Below are positions 1-12,728 of a stretch of DNA of 61,148 nucleotides, piece after piece. The notes beneath the pieces were generated by a model. That model was not told where the DNA came from, did not search any database, and was given only the letters and a program-made list of their open reading frames with translations. The translations under genes and the position numbers were made by a program. Each line of letters starts with the position of its first letter. Position 1 is the first letter of the stretch. This DNA comes from Trypethelium eluteriae. Lineage: Eukaryota. The stretch covers positions 1-61,148 of the forward strand of contig JAVECL010000077.1 in the NCBI GenBank assembly GCA_051942245.1, written 5' to 3'.

Positions 1-2
1 GG

Positions 3-194
3 GAGTGGGAGAAGGATGTGTTTAGGGAGGTGCAGGAGGCTTATGGGACGTTTGGGAAGGAGGATGCGGAGGAGAGAGATTCGATTACGAGAGGGGTGTT
101 GGAGGCTATAAGGGTGGGGAGACTAGATGCGGAAAGGAGGCGTGAGGAATTGAAAGTACTTGAGAGGGTTGCAGAAACCGAGAAATTGGATTGA
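3..194 (+). CDS. 3' end of a CDS entering from the left edge (EWEKDVFREVQEAYG...AETEKLD*), product unknown
   Basis: Open frame from base 3 to TGA at 192-194 with a charged, helical-looking translation; no start inside the window. Confidence 0.55.
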   Translation, partial: EWEKDVFREVQEAYGTFGKEDAEERDSITRGVLEAIRVGRLDAERRREELKVLERVAETEKLD

Positions 195-362
195 TGAATG
201 AGGGTCGACAGAAAAGTTTTAACCATCTTCATTGTATGAAAGAGTATAGAATAGACTAGCCTGTGGAGTTACGCGCGAATCCTTCCGGTGGATCTGCTTG
301 GTAGTGATCGCTCAGTATTCACAGAGATGCCACCCAAAACATTCCAGGCCTTCACAAAGCCA

Positions 363-1393
363 TCAGACATCCATCCCCAAGAATAGCCATTCGCTGCTAA
401 TAACACCTTCACCAGCCCAATCTTGTAAGGTAGTGGGTCGAAAGCCCACCCAGCCTAGATCTCGATTGAGTCTCTCAGATTCTGGTGGACCGATAGAGCG
501 ATCGACAGCTACGAGGAGGTGCGAGCAAGCAAAGTTCGAGTCTTCACAGAGTTCCAGGAGGGTGATTAGTCTATTACGCGTTAGTATGATCCAGGCGCAG
601 AAAAGTTCGGCTAGAACGTGGTACGTACCCGTGTTTTAGTTCCTTACCAACGATGTTCCGATCGAAGAAGACGAACAGTGCTTTGTCACCATGATCATCT
701 TCCGCGATGAAGCCTCTGAAACTAGCATCACCCCTATAATCAAAGATTTCGACCCATGTTCTGACCAATCCTCTCTCTTCAATGATCCCATCCGGCATCT
801 GGTGGTGGAGTCCATGGAGCCACCTTCTCTGCTCCGCCTTTTTGATCCTGTTCTCTTGGTACTTCCGCTGAGTGTTTGTGCCTTGTCTTCGTTCATATCC
901 CTCAATCTCCCTTCGACTCTGATTATGAACTTCGTCAGAATTCGTTCGCATACCCGTTGCTTTTAGCGATTCGCACGCATCTGCCTGGCTCTCACCCAGG
1001 AAAACAGCGCGCAGCGTCTCGCAAAAGAGTCTCTCACACTCTTCCGCAACAGCGTATGCGGCCCCGCTTTGTAAACTTGCCGCTTTGCCCTCGATGCCAC
1101 CGGATTGCGTGCATGCCGATCCTTTGAGTGACGTGAGAGTTTTCGGATACCCTCTATTGTTGGTGGTGTCGATAGGCAAGCTTAGCGGGGACTCTGGTGG
1201 TGAGGGGAGGTCCGAAACGACCTCAAACCCACCACCCTACTCCCTGTGGTCCAGTAGTGGAGAATTGGAAAGACTTTAGACGCATAGTGGCGGCGTCGAC
1301 GGTGTAGCAGGTGGCAAGGATTTTAGCGGAGGTTGCCGAGCAGCTACTACTACTACTATTACTGCGTTTGAGATTTGAATTAAGGTTCTCCAT
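363..1393 (-). CDS. OAZ1: Ornithine decarboxylase antizyme; ORF1 1393-1223, +1 programmed frameshift, ORF2 1224-629, intron 628-571, last exon 570-363
   Basis: ORF1 MENL...KILATCY...FSTTG...GWWV* ends GTT TGA; the +1 frame continues EVVSDLPSPPESP...AEECERLFCETLRAVFLGE...WVEIFDY...FRGF...LFVFFD...LKHG|LITLLELC...RDLGWVGF...EWLFLGMDV*, the fungal antizyme pattern; intron GTACGT..TACTAAC..TAG. Confidence 0.95.
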
Positions 1394-2066
1394 TGTTCTC
1401 GAGGTTATATGCCACGGTTGCGCTGGAATGGAAAATCCGAATTTGGTGGCGAAGTTAAGAGGTGGTCTGGTGGTATTTCTTGTAAGAGAGCCCCTGAGGA
1501 TTCCACTGGCTGACGTGTCTCGAATATCGTTGAAGGCTTGGTAGTGGTGATAACACTGTAGGCAGAATATTTAGGGAAGTAAGCAGTGAATAGTTACGCT
1601 GGACGAGAGTTGGAGGTCGGAGGTGAAGGTTACCTTATGAAAGAAATGGCAAAGTGGGGACGCGTCTAGACTTCTGACCGCCCGGCGTCCCTGCGGTACG
1701 GGAAATTCAGTACCTTGGCTTGGCACGCTTAGATACGCACCCAATCATCAGTCACATCGCAGCCACGGATATCAGACCCGAATTCAAATTATATCACCAC
1801 CTTCATCTGTCCAGCTACGTCTAGTATACAGAACAAAGTCGCTCATATGAGAGATACGACCTTGAGAAAAAATAATGCCACCTAGAGCGCAACCAAAGGT
1901 GATGCTACCTTGTGGAGGCTCAAGTCGCCGTCAACGCCACGCGGGACCTCGAGGGAAAAGGGTGGTCGGCGCCAGATTATCGGTTTGTCGCGCACCTCCA
2001 CACAAGCACCAGCTGACTGAATCTCAATCCTTCGTCCAAGAGCAGCACGTCAAGTAAGCACCACGT

Positions 2067-5000
2067 TTACTGCCCTCTTGCATAAGGATGGAAACCCCGA
2101 TGTCCACCTCTCATACCACCACCTCGGTAGTTGGCCCCCGGTTTGCCTGCATTCTTTGGGCCAGTAGGGGCATTTGCCGGAGCTGACGGGTTTCCAGCGG
2201 TGGGTTGTGGTGTGTTGCTAGCCTGCCCACGGTTTCCACGACCACCTCCGCCCTGATACGGACTGTTCTGCCTCGCTCCATAACCCCCTCCGCCGCCACT
2301 CACGTTGCCTCGACCACCTTGGTTCGGGAAGTTGGGCTGTGGAACATCGTCATACATGCCTTCCCAAGAAGTAGGTGCACCAGACCCTCCACCGCCATAC
2401 CCGCCCTGCGTCATTCGTTGTTGTTGTTGCTGGCGCTCGTATTTCTGCTGCTCAAAGGCAAGCTGCTCTTGCGCCGTGAAACCAGGACGATTACTAGGCC
2501 CGCCGTTCATAGGTGATACCATACCGCCGCCTCCCGAACCGAAACTGCCACCCATACCACCTTGCTGCATCATCTGATTCATCATCTGTGGGTTCATCTG
2601 TCCCATACCACCTTGGCTGCCGGTTGGGGACTGCGGGTTGGGAGTGCCACCACGCTGCTGGTTCTGAGCTTGCTGTTGCATGGCCATCATCTGTTGCATC
2701 ATTTGAGGATTCATCTGATTCATACCCCCCATTGCCCCCATGTTGGCGCCACTTTGTTGTTGGGCCATGGCAGCTGCCATGTTTTGCTGCATCACCTGAA
2801 AGTACTGTTGCATGCGTTGCCAATACTGAGCCATCATTGCTGGACTCATGTTGTTATTTCCATTAGAGCCCTGCCCTTGCTGATTTGACTGCTCGTTATT
2901 GAAATTATTCTGATTATTGCCTTGGAAGCCGCCGCCCCTCTGCCTCCCAAATTTGCGCTCTTCTTCTTCCTTTTGGAGATTGCCACGGGGCTGTGCCTTC
3001 TTAACTTCGATCATTTTCCCATGGATCTCAAGTGGCTGAGCGAGCGTACTATCGACGGCTGCTTCCGAGTCGAAAGTGACGAAGCCGAAGCCTCGGGGAC
3101 GTCCTGTATCTTTGTCCATCATGAGAGTAGCATCAAGAACACGTCCGAATTGCATAAAGAAGCGTTTGAACTCTTGCTCTGTCGTCTCTTGACTAACTCC
3201 TCCAACGAAGATCTTGGAAGTGCGCTCTTGTTCATCGCGGGGAATGGCACGTTTGGGATCGATCTAGTAATAGTAAGCACAGCAGGCTTGCGCCGGAGGT
3301 ATCACCCAGGTCACTTACGATCTTGCCATCTAGGTAATGCTCTTTCACCATCACAGTGTTAACCGTCTTTGGATCCTTGAAGGTGAGGAAACCAAACCCT
3401 CTGGATCGTCCAGTGGCACCATCTCGCATAACAGTGCATTCGATGACCTCTCCAAACTGCGAAAAATAGTCTTTTAAAGATTCTATGATCGTTGTTAGCG
3501 TCCAAAAGTTCAGTGAGTATCCAGCTCCTACATACGATCTGTTGTCTCCCAGTTTAATCCGCCGATAAACATCTTCCTAAAGCATCGTGAACGGTCAGCA
3601 TGCTTCAAATGGAGAGAATTTGGAGCCTCTCCAAATCAAGATAGAAAGAGAGAAAGAAAGAGAGAAGAAGTGAAGGAAAACCGGGATGGAGAGAGAGACC
3701 CTGGACGAGAGTGACATCTGGCAATGTGGGGCGTCGAACTTGGCACCACATTAGGTAGAGTGAGAGGAGAGTCTGGCTTTACATGTTGACTAGATTCGCG
3801 GGAACGAGGCCTGCAGATAGCACTTCGAGGATCTTTATCGATGTCGTCTGGCATCGGAGACGTTGAAGAGTTGAGGGCCAGAGGATGCGGAAAGCCAGCG
3901 ACCAATAAGTGTATTTCTCTTTCCAGGCTCAGGTAGTCATCATCTTTTCCGGCGAGTGCAGCTGCGTTTGACTCGGGAGTTTGAGATATCTCAGGTGACG
4001 CTGTAGCCACTGTAGCATGCTCGCGGGTCGGAAAACTCTGTGTATGTAGAGAATTGCAGTGGCCATTTTCATATGGAATAGGCTTTTCGTTATACCGGTT
4101 AAATGTTATCCGTGGCATCTTAGAAGAAAACTCCCAGGAAAGTGGGTGGTGTCCCAATTACGATCCAGTGATGCAAGCGAGCTTTCACTCCCAGTGCCCA
4201 TACGGTGATCATTCGTCCATCACAGGGCAATGGTGACACATCCGAAATCCCAGCATTGTAAGACCATCGGGACTGGCTGCCATTCTACCATAATGTGCAT
4301 CCGTTGCAAAGGCACCATGGACGATCGATTGAAGCGTCTGTGTTTGCTATGAAGTCGAATGCTAACGTAGGTAGGTAGGTACTGGTTCTGAGCGCGCAGG
4401 CTCCATAAGCGTCGCGTCACGAAACGCCCACGCGCCCCATTTTCTTCCATTGTAGCTTGTTCGTGTTGCGGCTGCTGATATATTTTCCCCCACACTAGGC
4501 TATGAAGTAGTAGCTTTTCTATACTCGATCCTCTCAATGGTAAATTTGAAGAGATGTGGATTTACCAGCACAAGCCCCTTCTAGGTCTTCCTCATTGCAG
4601 TCCTATCCTTGGTTCCAACCAAATCGAAACCAAGTCTGCGATACGCCGACTCCAGCAGCTCAGAACCTTCATGAATTGCCCAAGTACCCATACCGAGTGG
4701 CGAAGACATGCATCCAAGCTGCAAGCGGTGCTAAGGCGACCCAACGACTTCGATCCTTCTCCCGTTTGCCTAATTGACGAGAGATGCAGCCAGAAAACCC
4801 AGAAGTGCTTATGGGCAAGCTGTCTGCCCTGACCAGACTTTTAGAGCTTGTCTAGAGTGGGGTGAAAATGGCAGCTTGAGTGACAATGTCGATATCTCAT
4901 GATAACCGCTCAGTTCAGCCTCCGCGCCCTCCAATCCTCCGTTTTGCCAACACTCTCGAGGATTACTGCTTCCTCCGCGTGATTCCAGAAAGGATACGGC

Positions 5001-5597
5001 CGGAACTTGATTGAGACCATCGCGCTCAATATCGTCATTCATCGCCAGAACAGGCTACCCACCTGAAGTGACCGACATATCCCCTTTTGTCGTCATTGGA
5101 TCCATCGGGGTCTCACTCGTGAACCAGGACGGAAAGCCGCAGAGGTTGGACACACTTCGATGAAAATGAAGCATATAAAATGACCACTTACCCATCTTCC
5201 TTGATGCCAATGGGCTGCTCCTCCTGTTCGTAGTTGTATTGTGGCGTCCCTGCCATGGCGCCATTACCTGCATTGGAAGTGCCGTACCCGTTTGAGTCAT
5301 CACCGGTGATGTGGATATCGTTATCATCATCGGCTTCAAGCATATTGGCAGTGGCTTCTTGGGCTAAGTTAGCGGACGTCTCATAGTGGTCCAACTCGAA
5401 TGCTGCAGCGGGTTCCGCCTTCACTGTGTCGTCAGCAGCTTGGGAGGGCTTGGATGGCGGAACATTGTCATCGTCATAACTGCAGAGAATAAGCACCTGC
5501 ACGAAGCAAACGTGACCGGAGCTCCTCGAGCTGAGTGCGACCGCAGTCAAGGCACATACAGATCATTGAAGAGATCTTCATCCTCATTCTCTGCCAT
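2067..5597 (-). CDS. HRP1: HRP1/Musashi-like RNA-binding protein with two RRMs and a Q/G/M-rich tail ending in an RGG/PY-NLS-like motif; exons 5597-5560, 5479-5192, 3576-3536, 3482-3319, 3263-2067
   Basis: Spliced translation gives IKEDG|KMFIGGLNWETTD|QSLKDYF...SRGFGFLTF...|IDPKRAIPR...KIFVGG...RGFGFVTF and C-terminal RGFHPYAR; all four introns GT..AG and frame-preserving. Confidence 0.9.
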
Positions 5598-6149
5598 GAT
5601 GATGGCTTTGCCCTAGACAAGCTGACCAATGCAGTGAAGAGGGCCGGATGCGCAAGCTCCAGATTCCAAGAACCAATAGTGACAGTTCCAGGATGGGAAA
5701 GCTCAGCGTTCGGCGATGCAGGTCAAGATTGCTAATACAAAGCAAACAGTAGAGTGGAACAAACCGAGCTGCTGGGTACTAGGAGGTAGGTGACGTGGAT
5801 GATGAAGATAAGGAGAACGTGGTGAGTGTCTGAGAGGAGAGATGTGAAAGGAAGAAATCACCGAAGCGCGAGGTTGTTGTCTGCAGGCAGAACGCCAACC
5901 GCAGCCAGGCTAATTCCGGATTTGGTTAGCCAGCCCAGCGACATCGCGTAGAGAGCATGGCAGCCAATCAGCGCTTGTCTCATCAGTTCCTCGCATTCTC
6001 CCACTGCTTATAGGTACCCAAGGCACTCTCTCAGCGTCTCGACTCGTCGAGCAGCACTATGAGAGCAGTATGAGCTCCAAAAAAGGCCAGCAGGTGCTTT
6101 TGACCATCTTGTGTTTCGAATGGTTTTGACTAATCCCTCTTACCAGGAA

Positions 6150-8086
6150 ATGGTCCAGGTCGGTTCGTAGCAGGCATAACGCCTTTTCAAAACGCCCTCA
6201 AGGAATGAATGCGCTAATTGTATGAGCCTGGATGACAATAGACCGCTCCGAGTAAGGGGTTCTGCACCCTAAGCCTTCATCACTAGTTCTAACTTCTATC
6301 TTCAGGTCGACATCACCATTCTGGCGGAGCAATGCGCCTCCACTTAAACGTAATGCCTCATCAGCATCGGGCAGTGGGAAGGTGATCGGAGCTTCGTATT
6401 CCCATGCAGACATGCTCAACTTCAGCTCGCTGTAATACCGCACTTATTCTGAAATTTTGGATATTCTATTGACCCAGAACAAGATCAATATCAGGCAATT
6501 CTCGACCTCGAACTCCTCCTACTATCTCTCGAGAACACAGTGCCTCCTCAAAAAATCCTTCAACTTCTACACCTCCCCCACGCAGGACGTTCACAGGATA
6601 TCTGTCTGACACCAATAGAGACTGGGCAGCGGACGACGATGATGACGACGATCTGGGCTACGATGAGGACGAAGATGAGTTTGGGTTACCCAGTATAGCT
6701 TCAATGAGGCGGAAGGACAAGAAATTGACTAAAGCCAGAACGGGCGATTCTAGTAGTGGGACCTCTGCAAAATATGCGGCAGGAGGGACGACTCTGTCCC
6801 CTGCTGGTTGGAGAATAGAAACGGGGGACATTGCTGAGGAACGGGGGGTAATCCCTAGCTATCCGAGTCCCAAGAAGAGCGAGGGCAAGATCGTGAGACC
6901 GCAGTATAAAGAGATATTACAGGACCCTGCAAATGCACTGCATTTGATTGACCATCCCCAAGTCTCAACAAACGCTACATCCAAGGAGCTTGAAGCACAC
7001 TCCGCACGCATCAGTAGGATCAACAAATTCAAACGTATCCTACAAGCTAGCTCTATCAATCTGTCCGAGCTGCGAGATTCAGCATGGTCCGGCATTCCAG
7101 AAGAGGTTCGAGCAATATCCTGGCAACTACTCCTAGGCTATCTACCAACTAGCAGCGAGAGACGAGTTTCCACACTAGAACGAAAGCGTAGGGAATACCT
7201 AGACGGTGTGAAACAAGCCTTTGAGCGAGGCACAGCAGGTAGCGAAGGGCCGGTGGCTCCAAACTCCATCGGACCGTCGCCCATCATCAACAAAGGCCGC
7301 GGTCGTGGACTAGACGAAGCAGTATGGCACCAGATCAGTATTGACGTTCCCCGCACCAATCCACATTTGGAACTTTATAGCTATGAAGCTACACAACGCT
7401 CCTTGGAGCGAATTCTCTACGTTTGGGCGATCCGACACCCTGCAAGCGGTTACGTACAAGGCATTAACGACCTGGTCACACCATTTTGGCAAGTCTTCCT
7501 TGCCAGCTACATCACAGATCCCGATATCGAGTTCGGTATGGACCCTGGCCAGCTTCCAAAGCCCGTTCTGGATGCAGTAGAAGCAGATTCATTCTGGTGT
7601 CTCACGAAATTACTGGATGGTATTCAGGACAATTACATCTTCGCTCAGCCAGGTATTCAACGACAAGTAGCGGCGCTGCGTGATCTCACGGCCAGAATCG
7701 ACTCTACTCTCGCCAAGCACCTCGAAGCCCAGGGTGTTGAATTTATCCAGTTCAGCTTCCGTTGGATGAACTGTCTTTTGATGCGTGAGGTCAGCGTCAA
7801 GAATGTTATCCGTATGTGGGACACTTACATGGCAGAAGACCAAGGCTTCTCCGAGTTTCACCTTTACGTCTGTGCTGCTTTCCTTGTCAAATGGTCCGAT
7901 AAGCTCGCTAAGATGGACTTTTCGGAAATCATGATGTTTTTGCAAGCATTACCTACCAGAGAGTGGACGGAAAAGGAGATAGAGCTTCTACTGAGCGAAG
8001 CGTTCATATGGCAAAGTCTCTTTAAGGGGAGCAGTGCGCATCTGAAAGGGCCGAATGGGCAGGTGGCCTCTGCTAGTCCACGATGA
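6150..8086 (+). CDS. GYP1: Rab GTPase-activating protein, TBC domain (GYP1/TBC1D22 type); 5' exons uncertain
   Basis: WSGIPEEVR..WQLLLGYLP, QISIDVPRT (IxxDxxR), YVQGINDL (YxQ) and FSFRWMNCLLMRE in ORF 6704-8086; candidate small upstream exons from ATG GTC CAG at 6150. Confidence 0.9.
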
Positions 8087-8692
8087 CATGAACATGATGA
8101 TAAGAGCCTCGAGCGATCATCGCCTATTCCCTGGAAATCATGGTCCAGATTACCATGGACCTCAATGCTCCCTCGGCTTCCCTTGTGACCCTTCATTATG
8201 AGTATGAGAGCTACTGCCACTCCTATACGAGTGAAGCTGATGTTCATCACCAATAGCAGATCATTCTTCGTCTCATATGCACGATAAAGTCAATCCGTTG
8301 GCTTCTGTTCCGCACGAGAGCGCCGCTTTCCGCCCGGTTCATAGGCATCGGTTCCATCAACACTCAGGACGGTACCTAGTTGCCGATATCACTGGTCCTG
8401 TTGAGTTCTAACGCACCGCTATGGGACTGTACTGGGGTGGATCTCGTGTGAGGGTCTTTTCAGACGCCAAAGTGCAAGTTTCTGGACACGGATAAACATC
8501 TTTGGCCTGGGTATTGTGAAATGTCCGAACTATTGTCAATCAATTATGATTCCGCCAGGTCAGTAAATCACAGTACGGTGATCTTGTTGCACTTAGGCTT
8601 GTGTGCTTCTGAAGGTCTACGGCAGCGGATCAGTTGGGAGACAGGCGGTGAGCTCACATGATGACGGCTAGTTTGGCAATAATGCCGAGTGA

Positions 8693-8731
8693 TAATTACC
8701 GGTTGAGGAACCCCCCAGCCGCCGTAAGGTA
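8693..8731. mobile_element. Terminal fragment of the hairpin MITE-like family
   Basis: TAATTACCGGTTGAGGAACCCCCCAGCCGCCGTAAGGTA closely matches the right end of the copy at 32028-32213. Confidence 0.8.
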
Positions 8732-9842
8732 GTCTCCTTACGATCCAAACGCTGCATCGTGCGGGCAATCCGGCTATGGTTCTTTGTCTCAGCCTCGAGA
8801 GCGATTTGCGAGCTTACACTATCTAAGATACATATCAAGATGCATACTGGACGCAACTCCGCCATGTCACTGGTTGCTCCGTGCAAGACTAGTCACTCCA
8901 CCAAAGCTGTTTTCATCTCCACATATTCCATTTATTCGAAAATCGGGGTGACTCCAACGCGATTGTATGCCGAGAAAGTAATACGTGAAGACAGAAAATG
9001 ACAAGAACTTTCACCGGTCCACAGTGCTTGTTTCATATGCTAATGCGGCATGCAAATTGACAAGAAAAGGAATAGGTACAAGAATCCATAGCAGATGCGG
9101 CCTTTTGTGCAAAGCTGCCGTAGAGAGTGAGCGATTGTTCGTTCAGCGACCGTTCCCCTCGCCTCGGACATTGTCAACTGAGGATAACTGTCTCCTCGTC
9201 ATAGACTACGGGCTTGGTGAAACAATGTTATCCGTACTTCTTCACGGGTGCCAAGGTGTTGCGACGTTGGTAGACTTGGCAAGGAGAAGTGCTTCCGACG
9301 ACGGAACAGTTCGTTCCCGTACCCTTTTGTGCCTTTGAGCTTCCAAACGTGAGGCCCCACGACTGCTATGTCCTAGAGCTTGTGCTAGAGAAATTGGGAA
9401 GCAGCAACGTTTATAAGATGGGCGGACTTGAAGCTTGCTCGAACTTGCCAGGGCCACTTAAAAAGGCCCTCGTAAAGACTGCGGCTTGAACATCATTCCT
9501 CGCTCAGAGTTGACCCTGCAACTCACACTGGAAAGCGATATACGAGTACCATACCCAAGTTAGGGACGGTTGAAGAGAACCATATCAAGGCTTCCCTAAG
9601 CAAGACCAGAGCCCTATTGGTACTTTGGGGTCATTTGGTTCTGGGAGCCAAATTCAGGCAAAGAGTGCCGGTCATATCACAATGAGAAGCCTTGCTGCCC
9701 GAGCAGTTCTCCGCCTCTTCAGTCCTTGTATATAGTACGGGATAGGAGAGCAAAGACGACAAATATTAGGGACACAGTGACCGGCGGTTTGCGGTACAAG
9801 TGTGACAGGTTTGGCCAGCTCTGTTCGTAGTCGTCGACATTC

Positions 9843-10598
9843 TTAGTACTTATTTCCAGCAATTTCATTTGGTATCCACTTCCATGCCTCCACCCACCCC
9901 ACCACGGCATCCCAGTCCCGACACTGTCTCGGTGGGCTGTGGTCAAACTCCAAGTCCTGGCCAGTGCTGACAAGGGTCAGGTCCGCGTTGCACATGATCG
10001 TCTGTCTCAAGTAATCTACACAGTGCAGTGTATGCTGGTAGTATCTATCCTTCTCTCCGAGATTGGGATTGAGCTTTAGCAAGGACGGATAAGAGATGAT
10101 CATCTCACGGATACGCGCGAGGCAATGTAGCTGATGGAAAGCGTCGACTTGGAAGACACTCTCTCCAGCGGTCGTATTGAGCCCGCTGAGCTCAAGATTA
10201 TGAGAGTACGCAAAGCGTGTAGGGAGCGAAACAAGGCCGTTATTCGCACCCTTGGTGATTGAGGACCAGTATGAGTCCGTGTCAGGACTAGAGTGGACAA
10301 GAGACAAGTCCGATACGTTTGCGGTAAAGGTTTGCGAGATATTATAGGCCGAGGGAAGATCCATAGGTCCGGGTAAAGAGATGAAAGGTGTGAAGACAAA
10401 ATGCCAGCAGGCGTAGAGCAGAACATGAGCAATTTCGACAAATGAGATGATGATAACGACGAGCCAGAAGCTTGGTCGTGCGGACTGCTTGGGTCTGTGA
10501 ATAGTGTCGTGAAGCCCATCCTCATCCTCTACGTCGACTACACTCCTGGGAGAGAGAAGGGCGTAGTCAAGTTCGTGTTTAACTCTTGACTGAGACAT
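9843..10598 (-). CDS. UstYa/DUF3328-family oxidase (N-terminal TM helix, two HxxHC motifs)
   Basis: FHQLHCL and HTLHCVDYLRQTIMCNADLTL, C-terminal QCRDWDAV, single hydrophobic segment near the N terminus. Confidence 0.92.
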   Translation of the reverse strand: MSQSRVKHELDYALLSPRSVVDVEDEDGLHDTIHRPKQSARPSFWLVVIIISFVEIAHVLLYACWHFVFTPFISLPGPMDLPSAYNISQTFTANVSDLSLVHSSPDTDSYWSSITKGANNGLVSLPTRFAYSHNLELSGLNTTAGESVFQVDAFHQLHCLARIREMIISYPSLLKLNPNLGEKDRYYQHTLHCVDYLRQTIMCNADLTLVSTGQDLEFDHSPPRQCRDWDAVVGWVEAWKWIPNEIAGNKY

Positions 10599-11533
10599 GG
10601 TAGGATCAAGTGGATGCGATGGAAGTTTTTTGATTTGTGCTTTGAAAGAGATCAAGGTAGTTCAGCTAGCCACTGAACATCTCGGGGGCTATCTGGTATT
10701 TGAGATCCCAGGAATGGTAATTTGTAAACCACAATTTCCCTGCCAAGAAGATCAGTGCTGCGCCCGCCAAGTGTATGTTACATCTTGGATTACGAAGTCC
10801 ATACCTTTCATGCGTTCTGTGAGATGAATATTAACCGAAAGTTTATTTGGTCAGATACTGCTTGAGTCGTCCCCCACGTACACCATTACTTTGTGGATCT
10901 TGCGAAGATATTTCTTGTATGCATCTCGCTCTTTTACGTCAAGAAGTCACTCTGTTCCCGAGGTGAACTTATCCTCCATTTCGTTCAGTATCCTCAGTGC
11001 ATACCGAGGTTGGTTTGAAACACGGTTTGTTGCACTTAGAATTGATTTCATGGAAGCCCCTGCAATTATCCGTCATCAGAAACTCAGCTACGCACTTCAT
11101 CGTTACACATGCAATTCTGGACAATTCATATTCATGGAAAAGGCTCAGGGCTCAGCGCCATCGAATGGTCAGTTAATCATTGTTGTCAAAGTATTACAAC
11201 GAATATGGTTTGAAGTCGACGCATGGAGTAAGGATAGCCTGTGCCACATTACTGGGTCATTTGAATTGGCTGCTTCAATGATAACATGGAATGAATATCT
11301 AATATGCCTCCAGTTCATTGATCCATACCGGAAGTCGCCCCAAAAAAAAGCGCTCTTTTTCACTTTATGTCTTGTTGCAATGAATTCTCTTACGGTACTC
11401 GACGGCAAAGGTCCAGAGGTACCGTCGTATTCGAGAGAAGCAACTCGAAAAGAGACGAGAGAGAGCTAAATTATCCTGCGAAATCTCGAACCGAGTTGAG
11501 TAGACCAATCCCTAGGCGATCGGCTCCGTTCAC

Positions 11534-12728
11534 TTATGACTGCGTCAGCCCCTTCGCATGGCGGCGATAATTACAACGCCGGCGTGGTTGAGCTTCATAC
11601 CCATTTCCTTGACTGCTGCTACTCTGCGCATGCCCTTCCTCGTTCTCGTCATTATTTGCTTCCTCTGCATCTCCAACATAAGCCTGTGGGACCGCGACTT
11701 GATCCTCAGGCAGGCTTTCGTCTTCTGACAGCTCTTCCTCCACGAATCGCCAACGGTCGACTACGACCACATATTCCACGGTATCACCGTCTCCGTGGTG
11801 TCGCCATTGCCCTCCACCCAAATTACTCGGGCCTTTCCACTTCCACTCTTCGAGTTTGGTGTCCTCGGCACTCAGATAGCGCCTGACCCTTCTACCTCCG
11901 CCCTCAACCTCATGCTGGCCCTGCTCCTGCAGGATAGGGAGCTTGAATTTCTTGTTCCGTGCTATGATTGGGTCCATCTGATTTTTCTTCCAGGTCAGAG
12001 TTTCGTATTCAACGATGAGCGTGCGCAAGGAAGGAGGCCCACGGAAAAGGCGGAGCCAAGAGTCTCGCATACGCAGAGGTTCATTCCGTTCCCAAAACCA
12101 CCTTCATGAGAGAACATCAGTAAATGCTTTTTTGTGAGTACTAACGAGACATCTTTCCTACCAGTCTGAGTAGCGGATCGTGATGGTCAAAGTCTCTGGC
12201 CGAAAGTTTGGCCAACCGAAAATCTAGTATCGCAATTCTTGTATCAGTCTTATCTCTTCTGAAAGCTTGAGACTTGGGAGTCCTTTTTCTAAGGGAACAC
12301 CATACCTTATTCAAGTCCTCTCCCCCCTCAAGCCAATACATTTGCGTGAAGAACCTTACTGAATTCAGGGCTTGTACATTCTTCGGCGTCAACGCCCGGA
12401 AGAAGTTGCTACATTTTTCAATTCTGCTACGCTCAGCAGGCCCACGATCGAACCAGAATGCGTGTTCCGCCTCTTGCATTAAAATCGCTTCGGCCTCGAG
12501 GTAGATCAGTCGGCACGTACGTAGCAAATGTGATCGTGATTTTAGCGGGGATCGGAACCCAGGACGTGACCAATACGAATTCTCTTCATATGTTTGGGAG
12601 GTGTCCTCTGATTGCAAAAGGGCCCACGAGTAGATTTCATTGCGAATTTCCGGAGGCAGGACGGTGAAGAAAGGGGATTGAGATTGAGAAAGTGTGTTTG
12701 TAGCAGAGATAGGTGCAGTTGATGCCAT
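11534..12728 (-). CDS. Fungal hypothetical protein with an F-box-like 'LPPEIRNEIY' N-terminal motif; exons 12728-12306, 12223-12162, 12101-11534
   Basis: QSQSPFFTVLPPEIRNEIYSWAL...LLRTCRLIYLEA; splicing restores TITIRYSDW|WFWERNEPL. Confidence 0.75.

Noticed and set aside
3636..4157. 173-codon minus-strand ORF inside the HRP1 intron
   Set aside because: Non-ATG start, low-complexity ending from the pyrimidine tract, no clear splice boundaries; covered by the long-intron finding
10891..11469. 192-codon ORF divergent from the UstYa gene
   Set aside because: TTG start, no recognisable motif or signal peptide; probably a chance ORF
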